From Deltaproteobacteria bacterium (lineage in GTDB: Bacteria > Myxococcota > JACRCW01), in contig JACRCW010000153.1 in assembly GCA_016218805.1 (NCBI GenBank), forward strand, positions 1 to 64,000: a stretch of 64,000 bases of DNA. Direction: 5' to 3'. Position 1 is the stretch's first letter, and each line of letters opens with the position of its first letter. Shown here piece by piece: positions 1 through 10,362 of this stretch. The notes below the pieces were generated by a model, which worked only from the letters and a program-made list of their open reading frames with translations, did no database searches and was not told where the DNA came from. The translations under genes and the position numbers were made by a program.

Positions 1-220
1 GACGGCATCGGGTAGGGGGTTGGACGGCCTCGGGTAGGGGGTGGGACGGCCTCGGGTAGGGGGTGTGACGGCCTCGGGTATGGGGTAGGATGGCCTCGGG
101 TAGGGGGTGGAACGGCCTCTGGTAGGGGGTAGGACGGCCTCGGGTAGGGGGTAGGACGGCCTCGGGTATGGGGTAGGACGGCCTCTGGTAGGGGGTAGGA
201 CGGCCTCGGGTAGGGGGTGG
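1..220. repeat. 22-bp G-rich tandem repeat (VNTR), 10 copies visible, may extend left of the window
   Basis: Units start at 1, 23, 45, 67, 89, 111, 133, 155, 177 and 199. Consensus GACGGCCTCGGGTAGGGGGT(A/G)G with a few substitutions per copy and no spacers. Confidence 0.97.
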
Positions 221-348
221 GACGCCCGAGTCGGATGGGATGGACGTCCCGCACAGGCTGGGGACGGACACAACGCGCCCCACCGGGCGCGGCAAGGGCG
301 CCAGCAAGCGGAGGGTGGCCACGCCGCGCGGGTCAGCTTCCCGCTAGG

Positions 349-951
349 ATGGGCGGCATGAGGCGCTTTGTGTGTGACGGAACCCTGGGAGCGCTGTGCC
401 GTTGGCTGCGGGCCGCCGGGCACGACACGGCGTTCCTGGGTCCGGTGCGCCGGGTCCGGCGGGATGAGCCGGCGCAGGCGGACAGTCTGCTGGAGTGTGC
501 GGTGCGCGAGGAGCGCCTGGTGCTCACGCGCAGCCCGCGCGTGGCGGAGCGGCTGGGTCCGCGCGCGCACCTGGTGCAGGATGACGTGGTGTTCCACCAG
601 ATCCTGGAAGTGTCCCGCGCGCTGGACCTCAGCCTGGTGAAGCACGCGCTGACCCGCTGCCGCGAAGACAACACCCCGCTGGTGCCCGTAGACCCCCAGG
701 CCGCCCGCGGCCGCGTGCCGCCGTATGTTGCTGCCACGCAGCATTCGTTTGTGGGCTGTCCGTCCTGTGGGCGCGTTTACTGGGGTGCCACCCACCGGGA
801 CAGCATGCTGCAGCGGCTGGAGGAGCTGGAGGCGCTGCGCACCGCGGTCAGCCAGGTGGCGCCGCCCCGGCCGCCGGCGGAGGCGGCCCCGCCGTGGCCT
901 GCGCCTTTGGGCCACGGGACTGCCACAGCAGCACGCCGCCGCCCGCCATGA
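349..951 (+). CDS. Mut7-C RNase domain protein (PIN-like fold plus Zn ribbon)
   Basis: RFVCDGTLGALCRWLRAAGHDT, ERLVLTR, TRCREDN and CPSCGRVYWGATH match the Mut7-C pattern. Start is ATG 349 or 358. Confidence 0.88.
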   Translation: MGGMRRFVCDGTLGALCRWLRAAGHDTAFLGPVRRVRRDEPAQADSLLECAVREERLVLTRSPRVAERLGPRAHLVQDDVVFHQILEVSRALDLSLVKHALTRCREDNTPLVPVDPQAARGRVPPYVAATQHSFVGCPSCGRVYWGATHRDSMLQRLEELEALRTAVSQVAPPRPPAEAAPPWPAPLGHGTATAARRRPP

Positions 952-1384
952 TGGCCACGTCCGCCACGTTGAAGATGCCGGTGTGCAGCGGCCCCAGGCC
1001 CAGCATCATGAAATCCACCACCACCCCGTTGTGCACCACGCGGTCCCACCAGTTGCCCAGCCCCCCGCCCGCCATCAGCGCCAACGCCACCACGGACGAA
1101 GCCGGCGCATCCCGCCCGCGCAGCGCGGCCCACGCCAGCCCCAGGACCATCAGCCCCACCAGCACCGTGAAGACCACAAAGCGGGCGCGCGCATCCATGC
1201 CGGCTCCCAGGCTCAGGAACGCGCCGGGGTTCTCCGCGTATTGCAGGGTCACCACGCCGCCCAGGTAGCGGGTGGGGGCCGCGCCCCGCAGCCACTGCTG
1301 CGCCAGCTCCTTGGTGCCCTGGTCACACCCCACGCACGCCACCAGCGTGCCCAGCATCAGCGCCAACCTGCTCTTCGCCGTCAT
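848..1384 (-). CDS. lspA: lipoprotein signal peptidase II
   Basis: Motifs DQGTK, NPGAFLSLG, GGGLGNWWDR, VVDF and FNVAD; hydrophobic helices; ATG at 1384. Confidence 0.93.
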   Translation of the reverse strand: MTAKSRLALMLGTLVACVGCDQGTKELAQQWLRGAAPTRYLGGVVTLQYAENPGAFLSLGAGMDARARFVVFTVLVGLMVLGLAWAALRGRDAPASSVVALALMAGGGLGNWWDRVVHNGVVVDFMMLGLGPLHTGIFNVADVAIMAGGGVLLWQSRGPKAQATAGPPPPAAGAAPPG

Positions 1385-1460
1385 GACCCTGACCTCGCCG
1401 CGTGGAGGGCTGCATGGTACCGCAGTCCTTGCCCGCCCGCCCCCGGGCCTGGGAAGCCAC

Positions 1461-3284
1461 GTGGAAAGGTCCCTCCGCCTCACCGCGCCCGCCCGGGATG
1501 ACGGCCTGCTGGCCCACCCGTGGCTCCCGGGCGCCGCCGTCTTCCTGCTGTCATTGCCCCTGCTGGCGGTGGCGCCCCTCAACGGTGACGCCGGCGAACA
1601 GATCCTTGCCGCGCTGCAGGGCGGCGTGCGCCACCCGCCGGGATTCGTGCTGCAGTCACTGGCGGACCGCCTGTTCATCCTGCTGCCCCTGCCCCACCCG
1701 GCCACGCGCCTGGCGCTGCCCAACCTGGTGGCGCATGCGGCCACGGTGGTGGCGCTGGGGTGCGCGCTTCGAAGCGCGGGGGTGCACGCGCCGCCGCGCA
1801 CGTTGGCCGCGCTGGTGTACGGGTTCTTCCCTCCCACGTGGGCCATGGGCGTGCAGGTGGAGGTGTTTGCCGGCGCGTTCCTGCTGTCCGCACTGGTGCT
1901 GGCGCAGGCGGCGGCCCTGGCAACGCGGACCGCGTACAGCGCCCGGGACGCGGTGGGAGTGGGGCTGCTGGTTGCGGCGGCCGCGGGCCAGCATCCCATC
2001 ACGGTGCTGACCGCGCCGGCGTTCCTGGCCTCCGCGTGGCTGCTGCTGCGTCCCGCGGCGGGCCGGGCGCGTCGGTTGGCGCAGATGGCGGTGCCGTTCC
2101 TGGCGGGGGTCGCCTTCTGTGCGTGGGGGATGCTGCAGCTCCGGCGCGGGGTGGCGCCGCCGGACTGGGGGAACCTGCAGGACCTGGGGGACGTGGCGGG
2201 CCACGTGCTGCGGCAGGAGTACGGCACGCTGACGCTGAGCAGCGTGGCGCCGGGGGCGAGCCCCCTGTCCGGCCTGGAGGTGCTGGGAGGGGCGCTGGGC
2301 GGCGCGTGGGGTGTGGTGGCGGCCGCGGCGTGCTGCGTGGTGGGGGCGGTGGTGGCGTGGCGGCGGTCCCGGGTGCTGGCGGTGGCCGTGGCGGGGACGC
2401 TGGTGTTGGCGCTGGTGTTCCTGGCGGCGGCGCAGCTGCCCGGCCGTGACGATGACAAAGCTGAGGCGCTGGAGCGGCTGCTGGGGGCGGCGGCGGTGCC
2501 CGGCGCGCTGCTGGCGGGCCTGGCGCTGGATGCCGCGTGGCGCGCCGTGGGCGCGCGGTGGCGGCTCCCCGGGGTCCTGGCGGCGGCCGCAGCGCCGGTG
2601 TTGCTGGCGGTGCACGCCGTGCCGAAAGTGGACGCCTCACGCGACCAGACGCTGACGGTGCACGCGCGCTACCTGGGCGCCATGCTGCCGGCGGAGGCGT
2701 TCTGGGTGTCTGACCAGGACACGGACGTGCTGTGGGGCGCCGAACTGCCCGACGGCACGCGCCGCTTCCCCGTGGCGGAGGGGCTGCTGGGGACGTCATG
2801 GTACCTGGACAGCGCGCTGCCCGTGGTGGAGCCGCGCCTGCACGCGCCGCCGCAGGGCACGCTGAAGGGGCTGGTGCGGGGGGTGCTGGCGGCGGGTCAC
2901 GTGGTGGCCCGGCCCAGCGAGGGTCCCTGGGCCGCCCCGGACGTGCACGCGGAGGTGCGGGGGCCGCTGGTGCTCCTGACGCGCGCGCCGCGGCCCCTGG
3001 TCACGGAGCAGTCACTGCGCGGGGCGCTGGTCCTGTGCCAACTGCTCCCGGCGCTGGAGGGCGGGCCGCGGGCGCAGCACCCGCTCAACCGGCACCTGTG
3101 GCGGACGTGGGCGCGCGCGGTGGACGCGGCGGCCCAGTGGCTGGACGGGGAGGCCCGGGTGGAACCGGCGCTGACGGCGCATGCGTTGGCGCGCGCGCTG
3201 GAGCAGGCCGATGCGTCCGCTCCGTGGAAGGACCTGTGCCCCCGGCTGACGCAGCAGCTCAGCGCGCCGGTTCCCCCCCGCTGA
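1461..3284 (+). CDS. DUF2723/TMEM260-like multi-pass membrane glycosyltransferase (GT-C-like)
   Basis: GDAGEQILAALQGGVRHPPGF resembles the DUF2723 GDxGE..HPPGY motif; many TM helices. Start uncertain (GTG 1461 chosen; ORF open from 1272). Confidence 0.7.
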   Translation: MERSLRLTAPARDDGLLAHPWLPGAAVFLLSLPLLAVAPLNGDAGEQILAALQGGVRHPPGFVLQSLADRLFILLPLPHPATRLALPNLVAHAATVVALGCALRSAGVHAPPRTLAALVYGFFPPTWAMGVQVEVFAGAFLLSALVLAQAAALATRTAYSARDAVGVGLLVAAAAGQHPITVLTAPAFLASAWLLLRPAAGRARRLAQMAVPFLAGVAFCAWGMLQLRRGVAPPDWGNLQDLGDVAGHVLRQEYGTLTLSSVAPGASPLSGLEVLGGALGGAWGVVAAAACCVVGAVVAWRRSRVLAVAVAGTLVLALVFLAAAQLPGRDDDKAEALERLLGAAAVPGALLAGLALDAAWRAVGARWRLPGVLAAAAAPVLLAVHAVPKVDASRDQTLTVHARYLGAMLPAEAFWVSDQDTDVLWGAELPDGTRRFPVAEGLLGTSWYLDSALPVVEPRLHAPPQGTLKGLVRGVLAAGHVVARPSEGPWAAPDVHAEVRGPLVLLTRAPRPLVTEQSLRGALVLCQLLPALEGGPRAQHPLNRHLWRTWARAVDAAAQWLDGEARVEPALTAHALARALEQADASAPWKDLCPRLTQQLSAPVPPR

Positions 3285-4224
3285 TCCCAAAGAAGTCCAG
3301 CGCCAGGCGGGTGGCATCCGGGCCTTCGTCATCACTGAACGGGATCCACGCCGGGCCGCCACTCCACGCGTGCCCCATCCCGTCTATTTCCACCCATTCC
3401 ACCCGCGCCTGGTCAGCCTCCCAGCGCGTGACGGACCAGGCGCGCTGGTGGGCGGTGGCGGGGTGCCGCTCCGCCGGGATGGGAGGCGGTGGCGCATCCA
3501 GCGGCCCCCCTACCAGGCGCGCGTTGGCCCAGGCGAACTGCAGCGCCACCTGCCGCCCGTTGGCGGGCCGCGCCACCCGGTCACCGCTGCCGTGCAGCAC
3601 CAGGACGGAGACGGGGCGAGGCCGGCGGGTGGCTTGCAGGCAGCGGTACGCGGAGCGCCCCAGGGAACGCTCCGCCCGGGGGCTCGCCCCCAGCACGTCC
3701 AGACCGGGGGCCACCTCCGGCAGGCCCACGGCGCGGTAGGCGGCACCGGAGTGCACGGCGCCGGCGCGGAACACGTCCGAGCGGCAGGCCAGCAGGTGGG
3801 CGGCCAGCACGCCGCCGGCGGACAGACCCATCACGTAGGTCCGCCGGCGCAGCAGCGGGAAGCGGTCCTGGTAGGAGCGGACCAGGGCAACCACTTCATC
3901 CATTTCCAGCGAATCATCACCCAGGAACCAATTCCAGCATTTCCATCCATTCCGCAGCCGGGACTGCTCCGGGAGGAGCACGGCGAAGCGGCGCGCCTCT
4001 GCCCACGCCTGCAGGCGCGTGGTTGCCAGCGCGTGCCAGCGCGGCTGGTTGCAGCCGTGCAGGTAGACCACCAGCGGGACGCGTCCCGGCCCACCGGCGG
4101 CGGACGCCGGGAAGTAGAACGCGTGGCCCCATGCGTCTTCCTCCACGGGTTCGGCCGCGGCCGCCGGACGGGCCACGGCCGCGCACAGCAGGACCACGGC
4201 GCACAGCGTGCGGGTGGGTGTCAT
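3259..4224 (-). CDS. secreted PHB depolymerase/LpqC-family esterase
   Basis: Signal peptide MTPTRTLCAVVLLCAAVARPAAA; YLHGC; CWNWF; lipase box GLSAG; HGSGD; GMGHAWSGG. Confidence 0.9.
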   Translation of the reverse strand: MTPTRTLCAVVLLCAAVARPAAAAEPVEEDAWGHAFYFPASAAGGPGRVPLVVYLHGCNQPRWHALATTRLQAWAEARRFAVLLPEQSRLRNGWKCWNWFLGDDSLEMDEVVALVRSYQDRFPLLRRRTYVMGLSAGGVLAAHLLACRSDVFRAGAVHSGAAYRAVGLPEVAPGLDVLGASPRAERSLGRSAYRCLQATRRPRPVSVLVLHGSGDRVARPANGRQVALQFAWANARLVGGPLDAPPPPIPAERHPATAHQRAWSVTRWEADQARVEWVEIDGMGHAWSGGPAWIPFSDDEGPDATRLALDFFGISGGEPAR

Positions 4225-4342
4225 CTCCACGGCGCGCGAGGCTACCACCGCGCCGCGTCTTGTCGCGGTGGACCTTCCTGTGATGGCATCCGCCGCATTC
4301 CCGCGCGGGCGGCCCCGCGCCTCGACGAGGTTGACTCCATCC

Positions 4343-6388
4343 ATGTCCTGGGCGCGCCCGGCCACCGTGCTTGCCGCGCTGGCGTGCGCGGCGGCGCTGG
4401 CCGCGCTGGCGCGCGCCGCCGGGCTGCCCGGGGCGTTCCCGCTGTTCCCGGCGCTGTGGGGGGCGTGCCTGGTGGGAGCGCAGGCGGTGAGCGGGCGGCG
4501 GTTGCTGCGCGCGCTGCTGGGAGCGCGCGCGGCGGACCGCGTGGGCCCGTCCGCCGAATGGGCCCTGGGCTGGTGCACCGGCGTCATCCTGACGGGGTAC
4601 GCGCTGAGCCTGCTGGCGTTTGCCGGCCTGCTGCGGCCCGTGCCGGTGACGCTGGTGGTGGCCCTGGCCGCGCTCTACGGCGTGACCGGAGGGCCGCCAC
4701 CGCGCGCCGCCCGCCGTGACCCGGCGGTGCGCGCGTGGCGCCTGTTGCCCGCCGCCGGGAAGTTCCTCGTCGGCACGGCGCTCGCCGTGGAGCTCGTCGC
4801 GGCGCTGGTACCCACGCTGTATTACGACGCGCTGGTCTACCACTACGCCGTGCCCGAGCAGTACCTGCGCCACGGTGGGTTCGTGCACCTGCCGGGGATG
4901 ATCTACGCGTGCTTTGCGTTCCTGGTGGACCTGCTCAACGCGGTGGGGCTGGCGTGGGACGCCACGGGGGTCGCCGCCAACGTGTTCAACCTCGCCTTCG
5001 GCGTTGCCCTGCTGCCCATTGTCGCGGACCTCGCCGCGCGCACGGTGGGGCACCGCGCGGCCGCGGCGGCGCTGCTGCTGTGGGTCGGCAGCCCGTTTGT
5101 TGCCATTGTTGGCGTGCTGCCCACCAATGACCTCCCTGTGCTGTGCCTGGGGATGGCCGCCATCCACCTGGCCTGGAGCCTGCGGCACGTGCCGGGTTGG
5201 CGTGCGGTGCTGGTGTCCGCGCTGCTGGCCGGAGGCGCGCTGTTTGCCAAGAACGTGGCGCTGGCGCTGGTCCTACCGGCCTGGGGCCTGGTGGTGATCA
5301 CCGTGGCGTGGCGGCGTGTGCGCGGCGGGACCTGGCGGCCGGGGCCGGCGGTGGCGTGGGTGGTTGCCACGGGGCTGCTCCCGGCGGTGGTGGCGTCCCC
5401 CACGTTCATCAAGAACGCGTGGCTGACGGGCAACCCGCTGATGCCCGCGGCGTGGACGGTGCTGGGCGGGCGTGACTGGTCGCTGCTGGAACACACGGCG
5501 TTCCTGGATGAGATGAAGACACATCCGCTGGCGGAGGCGCTGCTGGACGCGGGCCCGCGCAGCCTGGCGGAGGTGTTTCTCACCGGCGGGGAAACGCTGG
5601 GCCGCGAATGGGCCGGCGCCTGGGTGCTGGCGCTGCTGCCGGCGCTGGTGTTTGTGCGGCGGCGGCGCGGTGCGGCGCGCGCGTTCCTGCTGTTTGCGCT
5701 GGCCGAGGCCGCCCTGTGGTCCGCCAGTTTCACCACGTCACGCTTCCTGGGGCCCACGCTGTTGTGCCTGGTGTTGGCATCCGGCGCGGGGCTGGCGTGG
5801 GGGTGGCAGCGCCTGGGACGCCGTGGGCGCGTGGGACTGGGCGTGCTGCTGGCGGCGGCGCTGCCGGCGCACGCGGCGTCCTTCAACCACGGGATGAGCG
5901 TGTGGCAGGGCCACTGGCTGCCGGTGGCGCTGGGCGTGGAGGACCCGCGGGCCTACGTGGAGGCGGGCACCGGGTACGCGGAGGCGGACAGCGCGGCGGC
6001 GCGCATCCTGGGCCCCGGCGAGCACGTGCTGATGCTGGGCGATGGCCGCTCATTCCACCTGCGCGCGCCGGTGGTCCCCACCTCCGCCATGAACGTCTCA
6101 CCCCTGGTGCGCCTGCTGCGCGAGGGCCGTTCCGATGACGAGGTCATCACGGCGCTGCGCGCCATGGGCGTGGGCGCCCTGCTGCTGCGCCCCAACGAAT
6201 GGGGCCGGCTGGCCGGTCACTACGCCGCGTGGCGCCTCTCTGACGCGGAGAAGGCGCGGCTGGCGGCGCTGCTGCAAGCCCGCACGCGCCTGGTGTTCCG
6301 CAGCGACGACGGGCGCACGCTGCTGTACCAACTCCTCCGCGACGGGGGGGGGGTCACTTCTCCTCGTGGTACGCCATCTCCAGGTTGA
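4343..6388 (+). CDS. multi-pass membrane GT-C-like (GT39/PMT-like) glycosyltransferase
   Basis: [15 protein letters not shown] loop, [18 protein letters not shown], more than 10 TM helices and a soluble C-terminal domain. Start uncertain. Confidence 0.65.
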   Translation: MSWARPATVLAALACAAALAALARAAGLPGAFPLFPALWGACLVGAQAVSGRRLLRALLGARAADRVGPSAEWALGWCTGVILTGYALSLLAFAGLLRPVPVTLVVALAALYGVTGGPPPRAARRDPAVRAWRLLPAAGKFLVGTALAVELVAALVPTLYYDALVYHYAVPEQYLRHGGFVHLPGMIYACFAFLVDLLNAVGLAWDATGVAANVFNLAFGVALLPIVADLAARTVGHRAAAAALLLWVGSPFVAIVGVLPTNDLPVLCLGMAAIHLAWSLRHVPGWRAVLVSALLAGGALFAKNVALALVLPAWGLVVITVAWRRVRGGTWRPGPAVAWVVATGLLPAVVASPTFIKNAWLTGNPLMPAAWTVLGGRDWSLLEHTAFLDEMKTHPLAEALLDAGPRSLAEVFLTGGETLGREWAGAWVLALLPALVFVRRRRGAARAFLLFALAEAALWSASFTTSRFLGPTLLCLVLASGAGLAWGWQRLGRRGRVGLGVLLAAALPAHAASFNHGMSVWQGHWLPVALGVEDPRAYVEAGTGYAEADSAAARILGPGEHVLMLGDGRSFHLRAPVVPTSAMNVSPLVRLLREGRSDDEVITALRAMGVGALLLRPNEWGRLAGHYAAWRLSDAEKARLAALLQARTRLVFRSDDGRTLLYQLLRDGGGVTSPRGTPSPG

Positions 6389-8000
6389 TGTCCCACAGGT
6401 TGGCGTTGGACCGCGCGCCGCGGACAATGTTGTCCACCGCCGTCATGGCGGTGAGCATGGAGTGGTCCTGGTTGTTGTAGCGGTGCATGCCGTTGCGGCC
6501 CACCGCGTAGAGATTCCCAATCCCGTCCAGGTACTGCTGCAGGCGCGGCAGTTCGGGATACGTGCCCCAGTAGGCGGGGTACGCCTTGGGCACGCGCAGC
6601 ACGCACGCGTCCAGCACGTCCTCCGCGCGCGCAAAGCCCATGCGCTCCAGCTCCCCAATCCCCAGCGCCATGGTGGCGCTGTCGGACTGGCGCCACAGCG
6701 CGTCGGTGTCATTCACAAAGTACTCCAGCCCCAGCCACGTGGTGGTGCGCGGGTCCGCCACCAGGTACGGGCTCCAGTTGTTGAACACCTGGATGCGGCC
6801 CATCTGCACGTCCCCCTCCTGGACGTAGATCCAGTTGTCCGGCACGGACTCCAGCGGCGCGCCGCGCGGCTGCCGGACGTGGAGGCGGCGCAGCAGCACG
6901 CCCACGGTGAGGAAGTCCCGGTACACCAGCCCCGCGGCAATGCGCGCAACATCCGGCGGGGGGGTGGGCTCCAGGCCGGCCAGCAGCTCGCGCAGCGGCA
7001 TGGTGGAGAAGAAGTGACCGCAGCGGATGTCTTCGGCGCGTCCGTCATCATGGCGGACCGTGACAGCCACCACGCGGCCCGCCTCGGTGCGGACCCCGGT
7101 GACGCGCGCACCGTGCAGCAGCGTGCCGCCGGCGCCGCGCACCTGGTCCGCCACGGTGGTCCACATCTGTCCGGGGCCGCGTTTGGGGTAATAGAAGCGC
7201 GTGATCAGCGTCGTCTCGCGCTCTTCATGGGCGCGCTGCGCGTCGGTGCGCAGCAGGTCCCGCGCGGCGGTGGTGAGCGCGCGCGTGAGCGAGAGTCCCC
7301 GTACCCGCTGCGCCCCCCAGTCCGCGCGGATGTCCCGGCACGGGACCCCCCAGACCTTCTCCGTGTAGTCACGGAAGAAGGTCTCATAGAGGCGGCGCCC
7401 GAACCGGTTGATGAAGAACGCCTCCAGGTAGGTTTCATCCGGCAGCGGCGCCACGCGCGCGTGCAGGTACGACGCGCCAATGCGCGCCATGTTGGTCCAG
7501 CCCAGGTCCGCCATCACGCGCGGCGTGATGCTCAGCGGATAGGGGAAGAAGCGCCGCCGGTGGAAGATGCGTGACAGGCGTGGCCGCTGCAGCATCACCT
7601 CCTCTTCCTGTTCGGGGTCCGGCGCGGGGCGGACCAGGCGCGTGCCAACCAGCGCGTCACGCCAGCGCGGCGGGCACAGCTCCGGGCGCAGGAAGTCCTG
7701 CGTGGCCTGGCGCGCGTAGTCAATGGCGTGCCCCCTCGCCAGTGTGTCCGACGACGGGGCGCCCTGCAGCGGCAGGATGTTGAACCACCAGTCCATCACG
7801 CGCTGCGCGCGCGAGAAGAAGCGGTGGCCACCGAGGTCAATCCGGTTGCCGTGGTGCTCATGCGTGGAGGCGATGCCGCCCACCAGGGCCGCCGGCTCCA
7901 CGACGATGGGGACGATGTCCGTGCGCTTGAGCAGTTCCCACGCGGCGGTAAGCCCCGCGGGGCCGGCACCGGCAATCACTGCGATGTTCCTGGGATCCAC
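6354..8000 (-). CDS. FAD/NAD(P)-dependent oxidoreductase (UDP-galactopyranose mutase/protoporphyrinogen oxidase-like)
   Basis: [11 protein letters not shown]ossmann motif, [45 protein letters not shown] start at 8000. Confidence 0.88.
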   Translation of the reverse strand: MDPRNIAVIAGAGPAGLTAAWELLKRTDIVPIVVEPAALVGGIASTHEHHGNRIDLGGHRFFSRAQRVMDWWFNILPLQGAPSSDTLARGHAIDYARQATQDFLRPELCPPRWRDALVGTRLVRPAPDPEQEEEVMLQRPRLSRIFHRRRFFPYPLSITPRVMADLGWTNMARIGASYLHARVAPLPDETYLEAFFINRFGRRLYETFFRDYTEKVWGVPCRDIRADWGAQRVRGLSLTRALTTAARDLLRTDAQRAHEERETTLITRFYYPKRGPGQMWTTVADQVRGAGGTLLHGARVTGVRTEAGRVVAVTVRHDDGRAEDIRCGHFFSTMPLRELLAGLEPTPPPDVARIAAGLVYRDFLTVGVLLRRLHVRQPRGAPLESVPDNWIYVQEGDVQMGRIQVFNNWSPYLVADPRTTTWLGLEYFVNDTDALWRQSDSATMALGIGELERMGFARAEDVLDACVLRVPKAYPAYWGTYPELPRLQQYLDGIGNLYAVGRNGMHRYNNQDHSMLTAMTAVDNIVRGARSNANLWDINLEMAYHEEK

Positions 8001-8020
8001 CGTGGGGGCCTCGCCGCGAA

Positions 8021-9535
8021 GTGTTCCCGTCGTATACCGTGCCCGCTCGCGTGCGCACCACCGACGCCAACGTCCGGGCTGACCCGCCCCTCGCCCGTGC
8101 GGCAGGGTGGGTGTTCGCGTCGGCCTTGGCGCTGCTGGTGGTGGCCACGCATGCCCGCCAGGTGCTGTGGCGTGACGAGGCGCAGCCGCTGGTGCTGGCG
8201 CGCGAGGCCGACGATGCGGTGCTGCTGTGGCGCCTGCTGCGCGAGGAGGGCACGCCGGGCCTGTGGCACCTGCTGTTGCGCGCGCTTGCCGGTGCGGGGC
8301 TCCTGTCACCCCTGGCGGCGCAGGTGCTGTGCGCCGCTGCCGCAGTGGGCTTCCTCATCACGGTGCTGGGCACCTGGCGCGCGCCGCTGCTGTTCCGCGC
8401 GTGGGTGACGGTCTCCGGCGCCACGGCCTGGTACCTGGTCAACGTGCGGCAATACGCGCTGACGCTGGTCCTGCTCGTCGTGCTGGCGGAGCTGCGGGCC
8501 CGTGCCGTGCGGCCCGGCGTGCAGGCAGCGCTGTTGTTCCTGCTGTGTCAGTCGTCGCTGCCCGGTTGCTGGCTGGCGGGCGCGTGGTGGCTCCACGGCC
8601 TGATCTCCCCGGGTGTGGACGGGCGCACACGCCGCGCCGCCCACGTCGCCATGGCGGTGGCGGCGCCGCTGGCCGTGCTGCAACTGTGGCCGGTCCCGGG
8701 CCTGCTCGGGCGTGATGGTTCCCTTTCGCTCAACCTCGCGGCGCTCCCGGACGCGCTGGTTGCCCTGGCGCGGTGCACGGCGGGTGACCCCGCCTCCGCG
8801 GTCCTCCTGGGCGTGATGACCTGGCGCATTGCGGTGCGGGAGCACCACCGGGCCTGGCTGGCGGTGGTGGTCGCCCTGGGCGGAGCCGCCGGCGTGGCGC
8901 TCGGCGTGGCGCTGGCCGCCTACCCGCAACCGTTCCAACTGTGGATGATGCACTTCCTGTGGCTGGCGCTGCTGCGGCAACACGTGGACGCGGCGTGGCA
9001 CTGGCCGCGCGCCCCCATTCGCAACGCGGTGGTTGCCGCGGCCGTTGCGCTGGGCGCGTGGGACGCGTGGGTGGAGGTGGAAGCGCGCTGGCGGCTCCCC
9101 GCCTCGCGCGGGGCGGAAGTGGCCGCGCTGCTGGACCAGGCCGTACCGGAGGTCCCCGTGCTGGTGCGGGCCGAGGCGTTCTACACGCCGGTGCTCGCCT
9201 ACCGGCGCAACCGCCCGCCCACGTGGTCGCTGGCACGCGGCGCGTACGTGAGGTTTGCACGGTGGGACCACCGGTCCATGGACCACGTGCGCAACCCGGA
9301 CTCGGAGAACCTGCGGATGTCCGACGTGGTGGCGCAGGTGCGCGCGCTACCGCCGGAGCTGCGGGATGCGTGGCCGGTGGTAGTGCTGTCCGGGCTGACC
9401 CTCACGCACGACGTGGAAGGCCCGCCGGAGCGCGTGCTGCTGGGTGACGGGCGGGCGCTGGCGCTGGTGGCGGAACTGCGCGGCGCCATCCACGAGAGCT
9501 ACCGCGTGTACCGCGTGGTACCGGGGGCACCGTGA
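8021..9535 (+). CDS. multi-pass membrane protein, GT-C-like glycosyltransferase
   Basis: [17 protein letters not shown] after the first TM helix (DE motif typical of GT-C); RQYAL; many TM helices. Start uncertain. Confidence 0.6.
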   Translation: MFPSYTVPARVRTTDANVRADPPLARAAGWVFASALALLVVATHARQVLWRDEAQPLVLAREADDAVLLWRLLREEGTPGLWHLLLRALAGAGLLSPLAAQVLCAAAAVGFLITVLGTWRAPLLFRAWVTVSGATAWYLVNVRQYALTLVLLVVLAELRARAVRPGVQAALLFLLCQSSLPGCWLAGAWWLHGLISPGVDGRTRRAAHVAMAVAAPLAVLQLWPVPGLLGRDGSLSLNLAALPDALVALARCTAGDPASAVLLGVMTWRIAVREHHRAWLAVVVALGGAAGVALGVALAAYPQPFQLWMMHFLWLALLRQHVDAAWHWPRAPIRNAVVAAAVALGAWDAWVEVEARWRLPASRGAEVAALLDQAVPEVPVLVRAEAFYTPVLAYRRNRPPTWSLARGAYVRFARWDHRSMDHVRNPDSENLRMSDVVAQVRALPPELRDAWPVVVLSGLTLTHDVEGPPERVLLGDGRALALVAELRGAIHESYRVYRVVPGAP

Positions 9536-10362
9536 CGACGGAAACCGACACCACCCGGCTGGCGCTGCGCATCCTCCAGGGGACCACGCTGGAGGACAAG
9601 TTGGCCGCGTTTGATCCGGCGCTCCTCGTGGACGGTGTTCCGCTGCCGGCCGTGCCACCACGGGAGCCGGGGCGCGCGCCGTCCCTGCGCATCATCTCGC
9701 AGGGGGAGCGCCTCCCCCGGCCGGGCCAGCTCACCGCCGCGGCCGCGCGTGCGGAATGTCTGCACCGCTTTGCCAACCACGAACTGCAGGCGCTGGAGCT
9801 GATGGCGTGGGCGGTGCTGGCCTTCCCCGCAATGCCGTGGTCGTTCCGGCAGGGGATCATGAACAACCTCCACGACGAGCAGCGCCACTTCCGGCTCTAC
9901 CTGGGCCGCCTGGCCGCACATGGGCTGCGGTTTGGTGACCTGGCGTGCAACGGCAACTTCTGGGCGCAGGCCGTGCGGCTGGGTGACCCGCTCGCGTTCC
10001 TGTGCGCCGTGGGCCTCACGTTTGAGACCGCCAACCTGGACTTTGCGCTGCTCTACCGCGACGCGTTCCGCACCGCGGGCGCGGAGGCGGAGGCCTCCGT
10101 CATGCAGCGCATCCACGACGACGAAGTGGGTCACGTGGCCTGGTCCGCCAGCTGGGTGCGCCGTCTGGCGCGGCCCGCCGAGACGCTGCTCCAGGCCTAC
10201 CAACGCGTGACGCCGTTCCCGCTGGGACTGCACCGGGCCAAGGGGCGCAACTTTGTGGTGAGTTCCCGGGTGCGCGCGGGGTTGGAGGCGGACTTTGTGG
10301 AAGCCACGCGCGTGGCGCGGTCCCCGCAGGAACAGCACCCGCGCCGGGGGCGGCCAGGGTGA
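9532..10362 (+). CDS. DUF455 ferritin-like di-iron protein
   Basis: LHRFANHELQALE, DEQRH, FETANLDF and DEVGH supply carboxylate/His ligands; GTGA overlap with the upstream gene. Confidence 0.85.
   Translation: MTTETDTTRLALRILQGTTLEDKLAAFDPALLVDGVPLPAVPPREPGRAPSLRIISQGERLPRPGQLTAAAARAECLHRFANHELQALELMAWAVLAFPAMPWSFRQGIMNNLHDEQRHFRLYLGRLAAHGLRFGDLACNGNFWAQAVRLGDPLAFLCAVGLTFETANLDFALLYRDAFRTAGAEAEASVMQRIHDDEVGHVAWSASWVRRLARPAETLLQAYQRVTPFPLGLHRAKGRNFVVSSRVRAGLEADFVEATRVARSPQEQHPRRGRPG

Noticed and set aside
1..220. CRISPR array
   Set aside because: Repeats are head-to-tail with no unique spacers, and no cas genes are present.
1385..2458. N-terminal extension of lspA (536-aa ORF)
   Set aside because: Shadow of the DUF2723-like gene; LspA homology begins at 1384.
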